A stretch of DNA of 64,000 bases. Origin: Tubulanus polymorphus. Lineage: Eukaryota; Animalia; Nemertea. This document shows, piece by piece, positions 41,649 to 52,417 of the stretch. A program made the position numbers and the translations under genes. The notes beneath the pieces are model-generated. The model searched no databases. It saw nothing but the letters and a program-made list of their open reading frames with translations, and was not told where the DNA came from. Position 1 is the stretch's first letter, and the number at the start of each line of letters is the position of its first letter. The stretch lies in contig NC_134031.1 of assembly GCF_964204645.1 (NCBI RefSeq), positions 930,001-994,000 on the forward strand, read 5' to 3'.

Positions 41649-42620
41649 ATGAACAATAGAACGTCTGTTGAAAACTGGAGTTGCCCAGAAAATACAGTTC
41701 GTGAAGTAATCTATTTGATGAATATATTTTACATCGGGCCAATTTGTATCGTAGGAATAGTTCTGAATATAATGAATATAGTTATTTTACGTTCATTTCA
41801 ATCTTTGATCACTTCATTCTTCTTGCTTCTTCTGTTAGCTGTTGCTGATATGTTATATTTGATCTGCTCGTTTTTCTATTTTACATTACGGTTTGCATCG
41901 TACTATTTCTTGAAGGGAGGAATGGTATTTAGGCTTGAAGGGTCGCATGTCTTTCCCGAATTCTACAAACCATCTTTAAACGCCTATGGAACATCAGTAC
42001 AATTCAGGAATATGTTCATTCCTGCGGTATCTGCCGATCGAGTAATGCATCTTTATTTTCCATTTGTTGCTCGACGTTGGATCACTAAAACTAAATGTAC
42101 TGTTGCGTTTATTCTTCTGTTCATTATTTCACTCATCTGGAGAAACGAGGACGTCTTGCATTTGAATTATGGATATAAGCCCAATATATGCGATGGATCG
42201 CTTGAACTTCATAGAGTAAAAACTTACCGAGCCAGTCGAGCTAGGTACTACATCGCGGTATCATTCGGTCCGATGTTAGCCCTTATAATTTTCAATTGTC
42301 TTATTTTTGCAAAAGCCATTAGACTCAGATCAAATAAAATTGGTGCTTCTGAAAAAAAAGAATCTAAATCGTCATCACAAGCGACAACTACAGTTTTAAT
42401 CATTGTTTTGTTGTTTGTAATATGTGAAATATCGCCCTGTATCGATAGATTGGCGCATTTAGCCGGGGACCGCAGAGAATGGCTTTCAATGATAAGGAAG
42501 TTCTCTCTTATGATGTCTGTAAATGATTCCTTTTTAAACTTTTTTGTTTACATCACTGCCAATACAAAATTTCGGCAGATATTCAAAAGAATCTTGAAAC
42601 GGCGATGCCAGGCCGCATGA
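41649..42620 (+). CDS. Intronless class A GPCR, divergent peptide-receptor/chemoreceptor-like orphan
   Basis: 7TM pattern, LAVAD, DRY variant (SADRV...FPF), TM6 CEISP, TM7 NFFVY. Confidence 0.87.
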   Translation: MNNRTSVENWSCPENTVREVIYLMNIFYIGPICIVGIVLNIMNIVILRSFQSLITSFFLLLLLAVADMLYLICSFFYFTLRFASYYFLKGGMVFRLEGSHVFPEFYKPSLNAYGTSVQFRNMFIPAVSADRVMHLYFPFVARRWITKTKCTVAFILLFIISLIWRNEDVLHLNYGYKPNICDGSLELHRVKTYRASRARYYIAVSFGPMLALIIFNCLIFAKAIRLRSNKIGASEKKESKSSSQATTTVLIIVLLFVICEISPCIDRLAHLAGDRREWLSMIRKFSLMMSVNDSFLNFFVYITANTKFRQIFKRILKRRCQAA

Positions 42621-42707
42621 AGGTGATGCCAATCACACTCAAACAGCATCTTATTGAGTTGTCAGTTGGATAGGTTTCTCAATTAAATGCAATCCCGTAA
42701 TAGACCC

Positions 42708-42869
42708 GGGCCCGGTTTCATAGACTGAGTATCAAAGTTATCCCTAGGGGTAAATCCTCAATCTCGGTGTCAACCACCATGAGTAACAATGAGAAACCAT
42801 GGTTAAAACTGACGAATTTCAAAATCTTCCCAGGGATTATTTTTCTCCCACATCTATGAAACCCAGCCC
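42708..42869. mobile_element. MITE with GGGCCCGGTTTCATA terminal inverted repeats; inverted sister copy at ~47654-47815
   Basis: TIRs GGGCCCGGTTTCATAG / CTATGAAACCCAGCCC; internal ACTGAGTATCAAAGTTATCCCTAGGG appears reverse-complemented at ~47775-47800. Confidence 0.75.
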
Positions 42870-43540
42870 AGATGATTTGAAATCAGTTTGTTACCAATGG
42901 GGGATTATCTGCCATAAGTTATATCATTAGTCAGTATTACGCCCGACAGGAAATGCAAGACCGGGGACCACTTCAACGCGACTGCGCGAATTTACTGGTG
43001 GAATCGTTCGTGTCGCCCGGCTCGATGTGAGAATCTGTCCGAAGAAGAGTTCCGGCACCAGCCGACTTTATCGTGTGGATCCGGCATGTCGGATTGTCGC
43101 GCCCGCACCTCGAGAAGCTGAGCAACCGAACCCTGGCAAGTGAGGATGTACCAGCTGGTGCTGCCATCTCTTTCAACCTAACATTGGCAAGTGAGTGTAT
43201 TGAGGCGCGCGATAAATCTCAAGGACATTGAGCTGAGAACTCAATAATTTCTAATTTGTGTATTTTCCTATCTTAGCCATACTTATCAGTATATGAGTAG
43301 GTTTACTGCGCCGGACACGATTACGTGATTGTCTCACTGGTAACAGTACTCCTGATCCTGCCATCTATAAATATGTGCACTGCCTAAATAACCACGTCAA
43401 AGATTAATCATCAACGTAAGTGAGTCCGACTCAGGTCCGTTGTTGTTGATTCAAGAAGGATCACTACTCGACTTTGGAATTGAGTGACACTAAAATGTTA
43501 TAGAGAAGAGGGATGCAGAAACAATAGGAGAGTGATAGTC

Positions 43541-46500
43541 ATGGCAATGTTAGACAATCGCGCGTTCCTAATATCACATTTACGTAAATCATTTATAACG
43601 AGTGACGACACTCAAATGTGTGAGATTATAATCCGTAATGAGGAACTCACCGATGACGATTGGGATCCGCTGAATCAGAGATGGAAGGGAGTTTGCGATG
43701 ACGGCTACAAAAATCCACGAGATCCCGATATCATATTAGCGAACTCACCTGATGTGTTACCAAGTTTCGACTCAAGTAAAGTTATTTTTAAAAGATCTTT
43801 ATTTATTTCCACTCAGACGTCATCAGAAATGTTGTCATATAACTGAAGTCATCTCTATTTCTAAGTCACAATTTGTATCTATTTCTAATTCAATTAACTA
43901 AGTTTAAGTGGCTTCATTTGAATAAGTCATTAACATAATGATCATCCCAGCTACAAGGACTAAAGCAAGTTTAACTTTGAGTCCACTATTGACAATAAGG
44001 TGCAGAGTTGTTTTAATGAATATACAGAACTCAGAAACCTGAGTTTTTTCAGGTTAAAATCAGGGGAAAAAAAACATTGAAAATGATATATCTTTAAAGT
44101 CTAAATATTAACCGAGCTGTTAGACAGGATCTCGACAGATTCATAATCGTTTGTTGTATATTGATTTCAGGTCGTCAACGTCGTCGTTCTCGAACTCAAA
44201 CTCGTTTAGATAAACTGAAAACAGAAAACAAACGTCAGAAACTTATTCAACACATTCAATGGAAGGAAACTACAGAATTTACTGGTAAGTTACGCCGTGG
44301 AATCTGAGAGACATGAGCTGCTTATAAACCTTCAGATACAGGCACAGTTATTGATTAGGTTTGAATTATGCAGGCTCCAGTCCATAGTTCTTGATTGCAA
44401 TTGAACTAAATTCGACTAATAAGGCTAAAAAATTGATACCTTGTTTCCCTAGGACAATAACGATGATATATTTCTGCTTCCAGATGAAGATTTGGCCGAC
44501 ATGTTCACGAAGAAATCATTGATTAAGAACGATGACAATGAAACTGTGAACAAAACGAAGACAGTAAAATCTGCTCTGTCTACTTTACTGGAAAACACTA
44601 CTGGTATTGATAATCCATTCAAAGAATATTCACAGTACGATTGCTCTGTAAGTGTTATATTAACCACTACTCATAGCTGGATCTAGGCTGATCGGTCGAT
44701 CTAGCCTGATCGGTCGATCTAGATTCATCGGTTGACCTAGGCTCATCGGTTGATCTAGGCTCATCGGTCAACCTAGGTTCATCGGTTGATCGGTCAATCT
44801 AGGCTCATCGGTTGACCTAGGCTGATCAGTCGATCTAGGTTCATCGGTTGACCTAGGCTGATCGGTTGATCTAGGCTCATCGGTCAACCTAGGTTCATCG
44901 GTTGATCGGTCAATCTAGATTCATCGGTTGACCTAGGCTGATCAGTCGATCTAGGCTCATTGGTCGACCTAGGCTGATCGGTCAATCTAGGCTGATCGGT
45001 CGATCTAGCCTGATCGGTCGATCTAGATTCATCGGTTGACCTAGGCTGATCGGTTGATCTAGGCTCATCGGTCAACCTAGGTTCATCGGTTGATCGGTCA
45101 ATCTAGGTTCATCGGTTGACCAAGGCTGATCAGTCGATCTAGGTTCGTCGGTTGACCTAGGCTGATCGGTTGATCTAGGCTCATCGGTCAACCTAGGTTC
45201 ATCGGTTGATCGGTCAATCTAGGTTCATCGGTTGACCTAGGCTGATCAGTCGATCTAGGCTCATTGGTTGACCTAGGCTGATCAGTCGATCTAGGTTCAT
45301 CGGTTGACCTAGGCTGATCAGTCGATCTAGGTTCATCGGTTGACCTAGGCTGATCAGTCGATCTAGGTTCATCGGTTGACCAAGGCTGATCAGTCGATCT
45401 AGGTTCGTCGGTTGACCTAGGCTGATCGGTTGATCTAGGCTCATCGGTCAACCTAGGTTCATCGGTTGATCGGTCAATCTAGGTTCATCGGTTGACCTAG
45501 GCTGATCAGTCGATCTAGGCTCATTGGTTGACCTAGGCTGATCAGTCGATCTAGGTTCATCGGTTGACCTAGGCTGATCAGTCGATCTAGGTTCATCGGT
45601 TGACCTAGGCTGATCAGTCGATCTAGGTTCATCGGTTGACCTAGGCTGATCAGTCGATCTAGGTTCATCGGTTGACCAAGGCTGATCAGTCGATCTAGGT
45701 TCGTCGGTTGACCTAGGCTGATCGGTTGATCTAGGCTCATCGGTCAACCTAGGTTCATCGGTTGATCGGTCAATCTAGGTTCATCGGTTGACCTAGGCTG
45801 ATCAGTCGATCTAGGCTCATTGGTTGACCTAGGCTGATCAGTCGATCTAGGTTCATCGGTTGACCTAGGCTGATCAGTCGATCTAGGTTCATCGGTTGAC
45901 CTAGGCTGATCAGTCGATCTAGGTTCATCGGTTGACCTAGGCTGATCAGTCGATCTAGGTTCATCGGTCGATCTAGGTTCATCGGTTGACCTAGACTGAT
46001 CATGTGAAATGTCACTTGTATCTATTCGTATTTCAGCCCGGAGTTGGTCAAATACCTGTTAAAACTATTGATATTTATTTGACGATGCAATCAGAAGAAG
46101 AACGTTGTTATCCGATGACTGTCACTGCGCTTGCTTCAACGCCGAAGATTCGAGATTTTATCGGACTGATTTGTTGGCAGTATTTCAATGAAGGTCGTCA
46201 ACCAAAGCTATCAGGGTTCGTATCTGAATCCAGTTTCGCCGTGTCACTGCACAGGCCAGGGATTCTGATAAACCAAGATACTCTTATCCCTCAAAATGAT
46301 CTGAATACAGGGTCCCTACGACTCCTTGATTCTTTAAAAACTCCTTCAAAACAGAGAAAATACTTTTAAAAATTGCCAAAAACTCAATTTTGAGAAATAG
46401 GCAATCAGAAAATTTAGTCTAATTTGTAGCTGTACAGTAGGGTGCCAACTCAATTCATTTAGATGGATTTGTTTTTACTCTATAGGCCTAAGGTGGTTAC

Positions 46501-48917
46501 CAAACAAGTTACCAAGTTCAATGTGAAGGATAATTTGCTTACAAACCACTGTTTATTTTACCAAGATAGACAACAGTACCAATTTAGGAGGAGTCTACAG
46601 TAATCGGGATATGAAAGTGATGCAGACGCTCCTTATATCCAGGAATGACCGATCTGTAGGGATCGTGGAATATTTCAAGACTGTGAACAGATTATTGTGA
46701 GAATGTTTATATTTGTAGCGATGTGAGTATGTATGATTTATATATCGCTGAAGATGACGGAGAACCGGATCTAGAATTTAAAATCGATTCCAACGAACCG
46801 TTCGCGAAGTTCATGTTCGATAAACTGTGTCTGGTCGAAACGAGACGAGAAAAACAACAAACGAACGAACAAGTTAAAGTATTCGTGAACATGTAAATAT
46901 CGTCTTAGCAAAAATATCATCTTAGTGAAAATATCATCTTAGTGAAAATATCATCTTAGTGAAAATATCATCCTGGTGAAAATACGAGTTTTATGTATTT
47001 ATTATCAGTAATTTATTGAAGATTTTGCATTATTTTTTCTGAAGAACCATTCAGGGTCGAGGCAAAACGACGCTCGCATTTGATAACAAATCAGTGTTGA
47101 TGAAAGATATTCACGCGCAGGTTATAAAGAAACGCAACATGAGGCGAAGAGGTAAAACTTTCTGATGAGGAGAGAATCCCACAATGATAATAAAAAGTCC
47201 GAAAATGAAACTTCGAGATAGTAGTTTATTTCAACGTTTCGACTATATCCTAATAGTCATCTTCAGGAATAATGACTTTCTATTTGATTTGATTATAGAA
47301 GCTACGATTTTAACTGATTTCTGAATTATTCATTCAGGTGCTGTTTATAACTTGGAGAAAGACGATGAACCCGGAATCCCTGTCGATCTAGAGAAATGTC
47401 TCAGTGATATGGATACTACTGATTTCTACCTATTCAGAGAAAATAGCCAACGTAAAAACATCTTATGATCATTATTTAGAAATGTAGTGCGACCGAGTGG
47501 TCACTGTTGTGGTCACTGTTTTCTTCTCTCGTCCTATTCTGGTCTCTCCTCTTAATGCGGAAAAGAAAACCTCAAATCTGGTGATACCCCGAGTGGTGCT
47601 CAATGAGTTGATGGCGGAAAAAACCTTAAAAGCAACTATCTATTATATTACCAAGGGCACGGTTTCATATTTGTGGAAGAAAAATAGTCCCTGGGAACAT
47701 TTTGAAATTTTGTCAGTTATATCCATGGTTTCTCATTATCACTATGGTAGTTGTCACCCAGATTGAGGATTTAACCCTAGGGATAACTTTGATACTCAGT
47801 CTATGAAACCGGGCCAAGATGTTCAGTGATTTGTTCCACCTCACTGAGGGTATCGAGGGTACTATGGAAGAAAAAGCCATCTTTCCAGTTTTCTCACTGA
47901 AATTTTGAATTGTATTTTTTCAGCTCGTCCGGTCGGTCAGAATGGGGTATTTGAAAAAGCAGGGAAAAGAGATTCAACGGATGTGACGTACGCACAACAG
48001 TACAAGTCTTATCGCGTTTCAATGCCTCAGAAGTTTTTCGGAAATAAAGAAGTTCATTTAGGTATCTATATTGTTCGTATACGGGTCATACATTTATTCC
48101 ATACTCATTAGGGGAAGGAGATGATGAAATGAATGATCTCTTGTAAATGATTACATGCAGTTTATAAGTGATGAAAAAAAAACTATCAAGATTAATTAAA
48201 ATTAGTTGAAATTAATCTAATCTATGATTATTTGTTCTGATCAGGAATTTCTGGTGAGAAGATTGAAATTGATCCGGTATCGAAAGGAATCACGAAATAC
48301 ATCAAACAGAAAGCCGTCAGTTATGAGTTTGATTGCGTGGCCCACTGTGAAATGCTCGAAGCCAAATCTGCCGGTAATTGTTTTGTGAATGATACAAATC
48401 TTTAGGGAACTATCGGGAAAAAACGGGAAATTTTTTAAAAGTCGGTTTAGTTGGAATTTTAAGTAATCGCAAGGCAAAAATAAAATGATGCCTTTCTCCC
48501 TAATCAGCTGGATCATTTTGTTAAGTGCAATGATATTTGTAATCAGTTCATTTCTATGACTGCTGGTTCTGTTATTGTTAGCTTGATCATGATTTTGAAA
48601 AAAGTTATGTACAGAGTAGATAGGCGGCTGTATCGACTTTTAAGCACAGCAGAAATGAGAAACAAGGTTTCATTCTTTTTTAGCCGAATGTATTGAATGT
48701 GTAAAATGTTTATTTATTTTCAGGTAAAGCCGCTTTTCGTCTTCACGTTCTCGTTGAAATCGAAGAAGTTTGCTATGATTTCGAAGCCGACATCGCGATA
48801 ATTAAAGAAATCGTTCAGAAAATCAATCAGATTTTAGAAATGCGTGGAAGCCCGATACGGAAGTATTATTTAGACGACAAAAGCAGACGAAATAGCGGCC
48901 GCTTTTTTGTCAATTAA
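43541..48917 (+). CDS. MAPKAP1: TORC2 subunit SIN1 (MAPKAP1), multi-exon
   Basis: MAMLDNRAFLISHLRKSFITSDDTQMCEII; RRRSRTQTRLDKLK...IQWKE; CRIM-region IGLICWQY and YDLYIAEDDGEPD; PH domain YKSYRVSM...LGISGEKIEIDPV; last exon FEADIAIIKEIVQKINQILEMR; stop 48915-48917. Confidence 0.95.
44680..46002. repeat. 18-bp minisatellite with higher-order structure filling SIN1 intron 3
   Basis: Alternating CTAGGCTGATCAGTCGAT / CTAGGTTCATCGGTTGAC units; larger blocks are marked by recurring CCAAGG and GTTCGTC variants. Confidence 0.97.
47170..47271 (-). ncRNA. Dispersed repeat carrying a minimal type I hammerhead ribozyme motif (SIN1 intron, antisense)
   Basis: Reverse complement reads TATTC-CTGAAGA-T-GACTAT-TAGGAT-ATAGTC-GAAAC-GTT-GAAATA; near-identical to 49186-49287. 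Confidence 0.7.
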
Positions 48918-49242
48918 CCAAAACAAATAATTTGCAATAGATTTCCGAATCAAATGTTATATCTATATAATCAACTCTCGTAATTAACCAATTGTAATTA
49001 ATGTATAATGCTATGAATTCCAGTATAAGAAATGTATTTCTTACAAATCATAAGAATTGTAAACCCTGTTATAAAAATCCCACACTAATAATAGAAAGAG
49101 TCCCTCCGAATGTTTCCACGAACTGCTAATTTCATTCTATGTTTAAACCATATCCTAAAAGTCATCTTCAGAAATACAGTATGTAGAGAGAATCCCACAA
49201 TGATAATAATAAGTCCGAAAATGAAACTTCGAGATAGTAGTT

Positions 49243-49543
49243 TATTTCAACGTTTCGACTATATCCTAATAGTCATCTTCAGGAATACTGTATTCCTTGA
49301 GCTAGTGTAGTTTATTCAACGTTTCGACTATATCCTAATAGACATCTTCAGGAATACTGTATTCCTTGAGCTAGTGTAGTTTATTTCAACGTTTCGACTA
49401 TATCCTAATAGTCATCTTCAGGAAGATGAAGATTCCTGAAGATGACTATTAGGATATAGTCGAAACGTTGAATAAACTACACTAGCTCGAGGAATACAGT
49501 ATTCCTGAAGTTGACGATTTGGATATAGTCGACACGTCGAACA
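49243..49543. ncRNA. Array of minimal hammerhead ribozyme motifs: 3 tandem minus-strand copies, then 1 intact and 1 degenerate plus-strand copy
   Basis: Core CUGAAGA, stem II GACUAU/AUAGUC, GAAAC, palindromic AACGUU in place of stem III, stem I UAUUC/GAAUA; period 69-70 nt. Confidence 0.75.
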
Positions 49544-49619
49544 AACGCTCTAGGAACCATTTCAGACTATATGATTTTTATATAATCGTCACAACGAGGA
49601 CTGAGTTTTCATCGATGCT

Positions 49620-49801
49620 TATAGACATGTTGCACGTGACGTCATAGTTTGTTCGCCCATCAGTGTTTGACACTTGCCATACATAACGACAGTAGATGAT
49701 ATGGTCATTTACAAATTTTGAGGATCTGTCAAAATCTTTGCTTTGACCGGCAGTGTGGCATCGGTCACGTGTTAAAAGCACATGACCGCAACATGTCTAT
49801 A
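49620..49801. mobile_element. Short MITE-like element
   Basis: TIRs TATAGACATGTTGC / GCAACATGTCTATA with inner CACGTGAC/GTCACGTG symmetry. Confidence 0.6.
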
Positions 49802-52263
49802 GGCTGTATTTGTGTATGGTGACGTCAATCCCAAATTGAATTTGTCACAACACGTCAGTGTGTTAATACCTTGCAACTGAAGTTATTGTCACAGTTGATT
49901 GGCCAATAGGGAATCGGGACAGGTTGTTCACGTGAGTCCACTGAACCAACTGAAGTAAACGGTGACAGACCAGTAGACGGCCAATATGACGTCAGTGGAA
50001 TACCTCTATTTATTGAATGGTGCTAATCTATGTTTTGTTTAAGTGTAATTTAATATATTATGAATATTTGTTATGATAAATGTATACGATATGAAATATA
50101 AACGGACCAACATTCCTCAACGTATCACAGTCTTACAGTCGTCTCTTTTTGTCCTTATTCAAGTTTTGCGGTCATTGAATCAGAAAAAAAATGGAATATC
50201 AAAGATATTTCCATTTGATAAAACACGATAGCAGCCCCAGAGTTTGAGTATCAACAAGTTACGATCGATGTAGTCTATTATGATTGCGTGGATAAAGTTT
50301 GTCGCCGTCCACAGCGGAGATATGGGAAGTGCGTATTGTAAACACAGAACGAGTTGAAAAGAAGGACATTGACAATAAAACCTGTCATTACCGACTTACT
50401 TTCCTCAGCTCTCATCTTGTTGAATAATTACCATGGAAACAAGTAAATTTATCGACGAGGATGGTTGATGATGATTCGGTGTGGTTCACGTTTCCTGACT
50501 CTACGACCGTGAAGCTATATACATTTACTGTCTCTCCTAACAATAACGCAAAAATGATGAACATTTAATATTTGAATAAAAATGGAATGTCTTTTTTAAG
50601 TTAATGATTTCTGCTTTTTATTAAATGAATTTGGTTTTAGAATATGAATAAATACGAGATGAATTCGGACCACGTGACCTCGTCCAGCTCCGAGTCGAAT
50701 TATGAATTTCTGTTTACAAACTTCGTTGTTTTACGAGACTCGAGCAAATATAGGTTGTAAGAGCGAGTCACGACGAAGTTCGTCGACATTAGAACGAAAA
50801 CAGAAGCACACACCGAACAACCTGGTCGGTGATCGGCTGCGGCAGTATTTCCTTTTCGTCGTCGGTACACAAGAGGACTGTGATCTGTTGAAGTATAGAG
50901 AATATTGCCGTAAAGGTGACTTTATGAAAAAACAAACAATATCTACTGCCAGTTACCATAGAGACAGAGGACAAAACGGAAGAATTGCTATCCACGGAAC
51001 AACTGCGGATAAATTTTTCAAAACGTTTCATCGAATTAATCTGCCATCAGACCTCCTCAGACCAGATGAGATCTAGCGAAAATTAGATCCACTCGATGAC
51101 ACCGATATTGGCGCAGAATATCCGAACCTAAAACGCACATGAGTTCGTTAATCTGTACCCAGTTCCACAGTTGTTAGTTAAGATTTAAGATTGTTGTCAA
51201 CTGATAGGAAATTACTGTGATTTCTAAAAGCGCGAAAATCGTGAAAATAAGAAAACATTTCACACGGGTGAAATTATAATCGACGCTATATCGCAATACG
51301 ATACGATATCGTGTCGATTGCTATGGGTTCTAATCTCTGCGGGGGATGATCGTCAAATTGAAATATATCGTTTTTTTAAATATCTATTTCTGTCACCTCC
51401 TCGTGTTGGAAAGATTGTAATGGAATTGAACGGTGCGCAGTGAAATAATTAGTATTTCACGAATTTGCGTTGTGAACAGGTGACGACACCTAGTGCCAGT
51501 CCGACTGACGACATGGACCCCCGTTTGAATCCTAAACCTTGTTCGAAACTTGGGGTGGCGTTAAGACAAGTCTATAAGGAACGTAATTCTAATCCAACCT
51601 AACAATTTAAAGACAGGCCTGAAAGATTTAAGACATTTTTGGACGTCACGACGACTCTTCAACTGTGGGCCCTGATCGACCCGGTGCGGCATCTAAACAT
51701 ACATCAGGGCCGTCTCGTAGTGTGGTGTTGGAGGCGGAGGTGGCCACCAGTCGACTCGCTGCTCGATTCTCCACGTCGCTGCACAATTTCCACGTGTTGT
51801 GTACAAGACACTAGTGTTTGATGTTTATTTTGGCCGCACAGGACACGAGGGTGACCGAATTTCAAACGGAGCGGTCGAAAGTACTCGGATACCGCATCGC
51901 GGGGGCTCGCGGGGATGTGAGACAGCGATGTACATACAATTCTAACATTGACAGTGGTCGCTTAAGTCAACAGACGAGAAGGTCGAAAAATCGACCAAGT
52001 TTTCATCCAAACTACGCGTAGCACTGAACTGACCCATCCATCAGGCTAAAAGCTGAACGTTCAACAATTTTAGAGCAACCAATTTTATACCACCCTTTTT
52101 ATTGTAAAGTCGAATGAACTTTTAGAACTGCCAAGAAACCTGTACCAATCTACGGCACAGACAGAAATCTAGTTAGTAGCGCTAAGGCATCGACGTGTGG
52201 TTTACAGGTAATTTATATATATAATAACAACATTAACAACTTTATGAAGAGAAGATTATTGAT

Positions 52264-52417
<154 letters not shown>

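Noticed and set aside
44680-46002. CRISPR-like regular repeat array
   Set aside because: No unique spacers, eukaryotic intron, no cas genes.
44884-46015. Repetitive ORFs (TDEPRSTDQPRS..., ISLGQPMNLDRL...)
   Set aside because: Translations of the 18-bp intronic minisatellite; open frames follow from the unit length being a multiple of 3.
47162-47220. Second, plus-strand hammerhead (CTGATGA-GGA...TCC-GAAA)
   Set aside because: Stems I and III are very weak and the sister copy at ~49186 lacks CTGATGA; probably coincidental.
50702-51076. 124-aa ORF
   Set aside because: No recognisable motif or splice context; within chance expectation.
51693-51825. Minus-strand frame ending DWWPPPPPTPHYETALMYV*
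   Set aside because: Only ~45 codons, no start, no convincing acceptor or partner exons.
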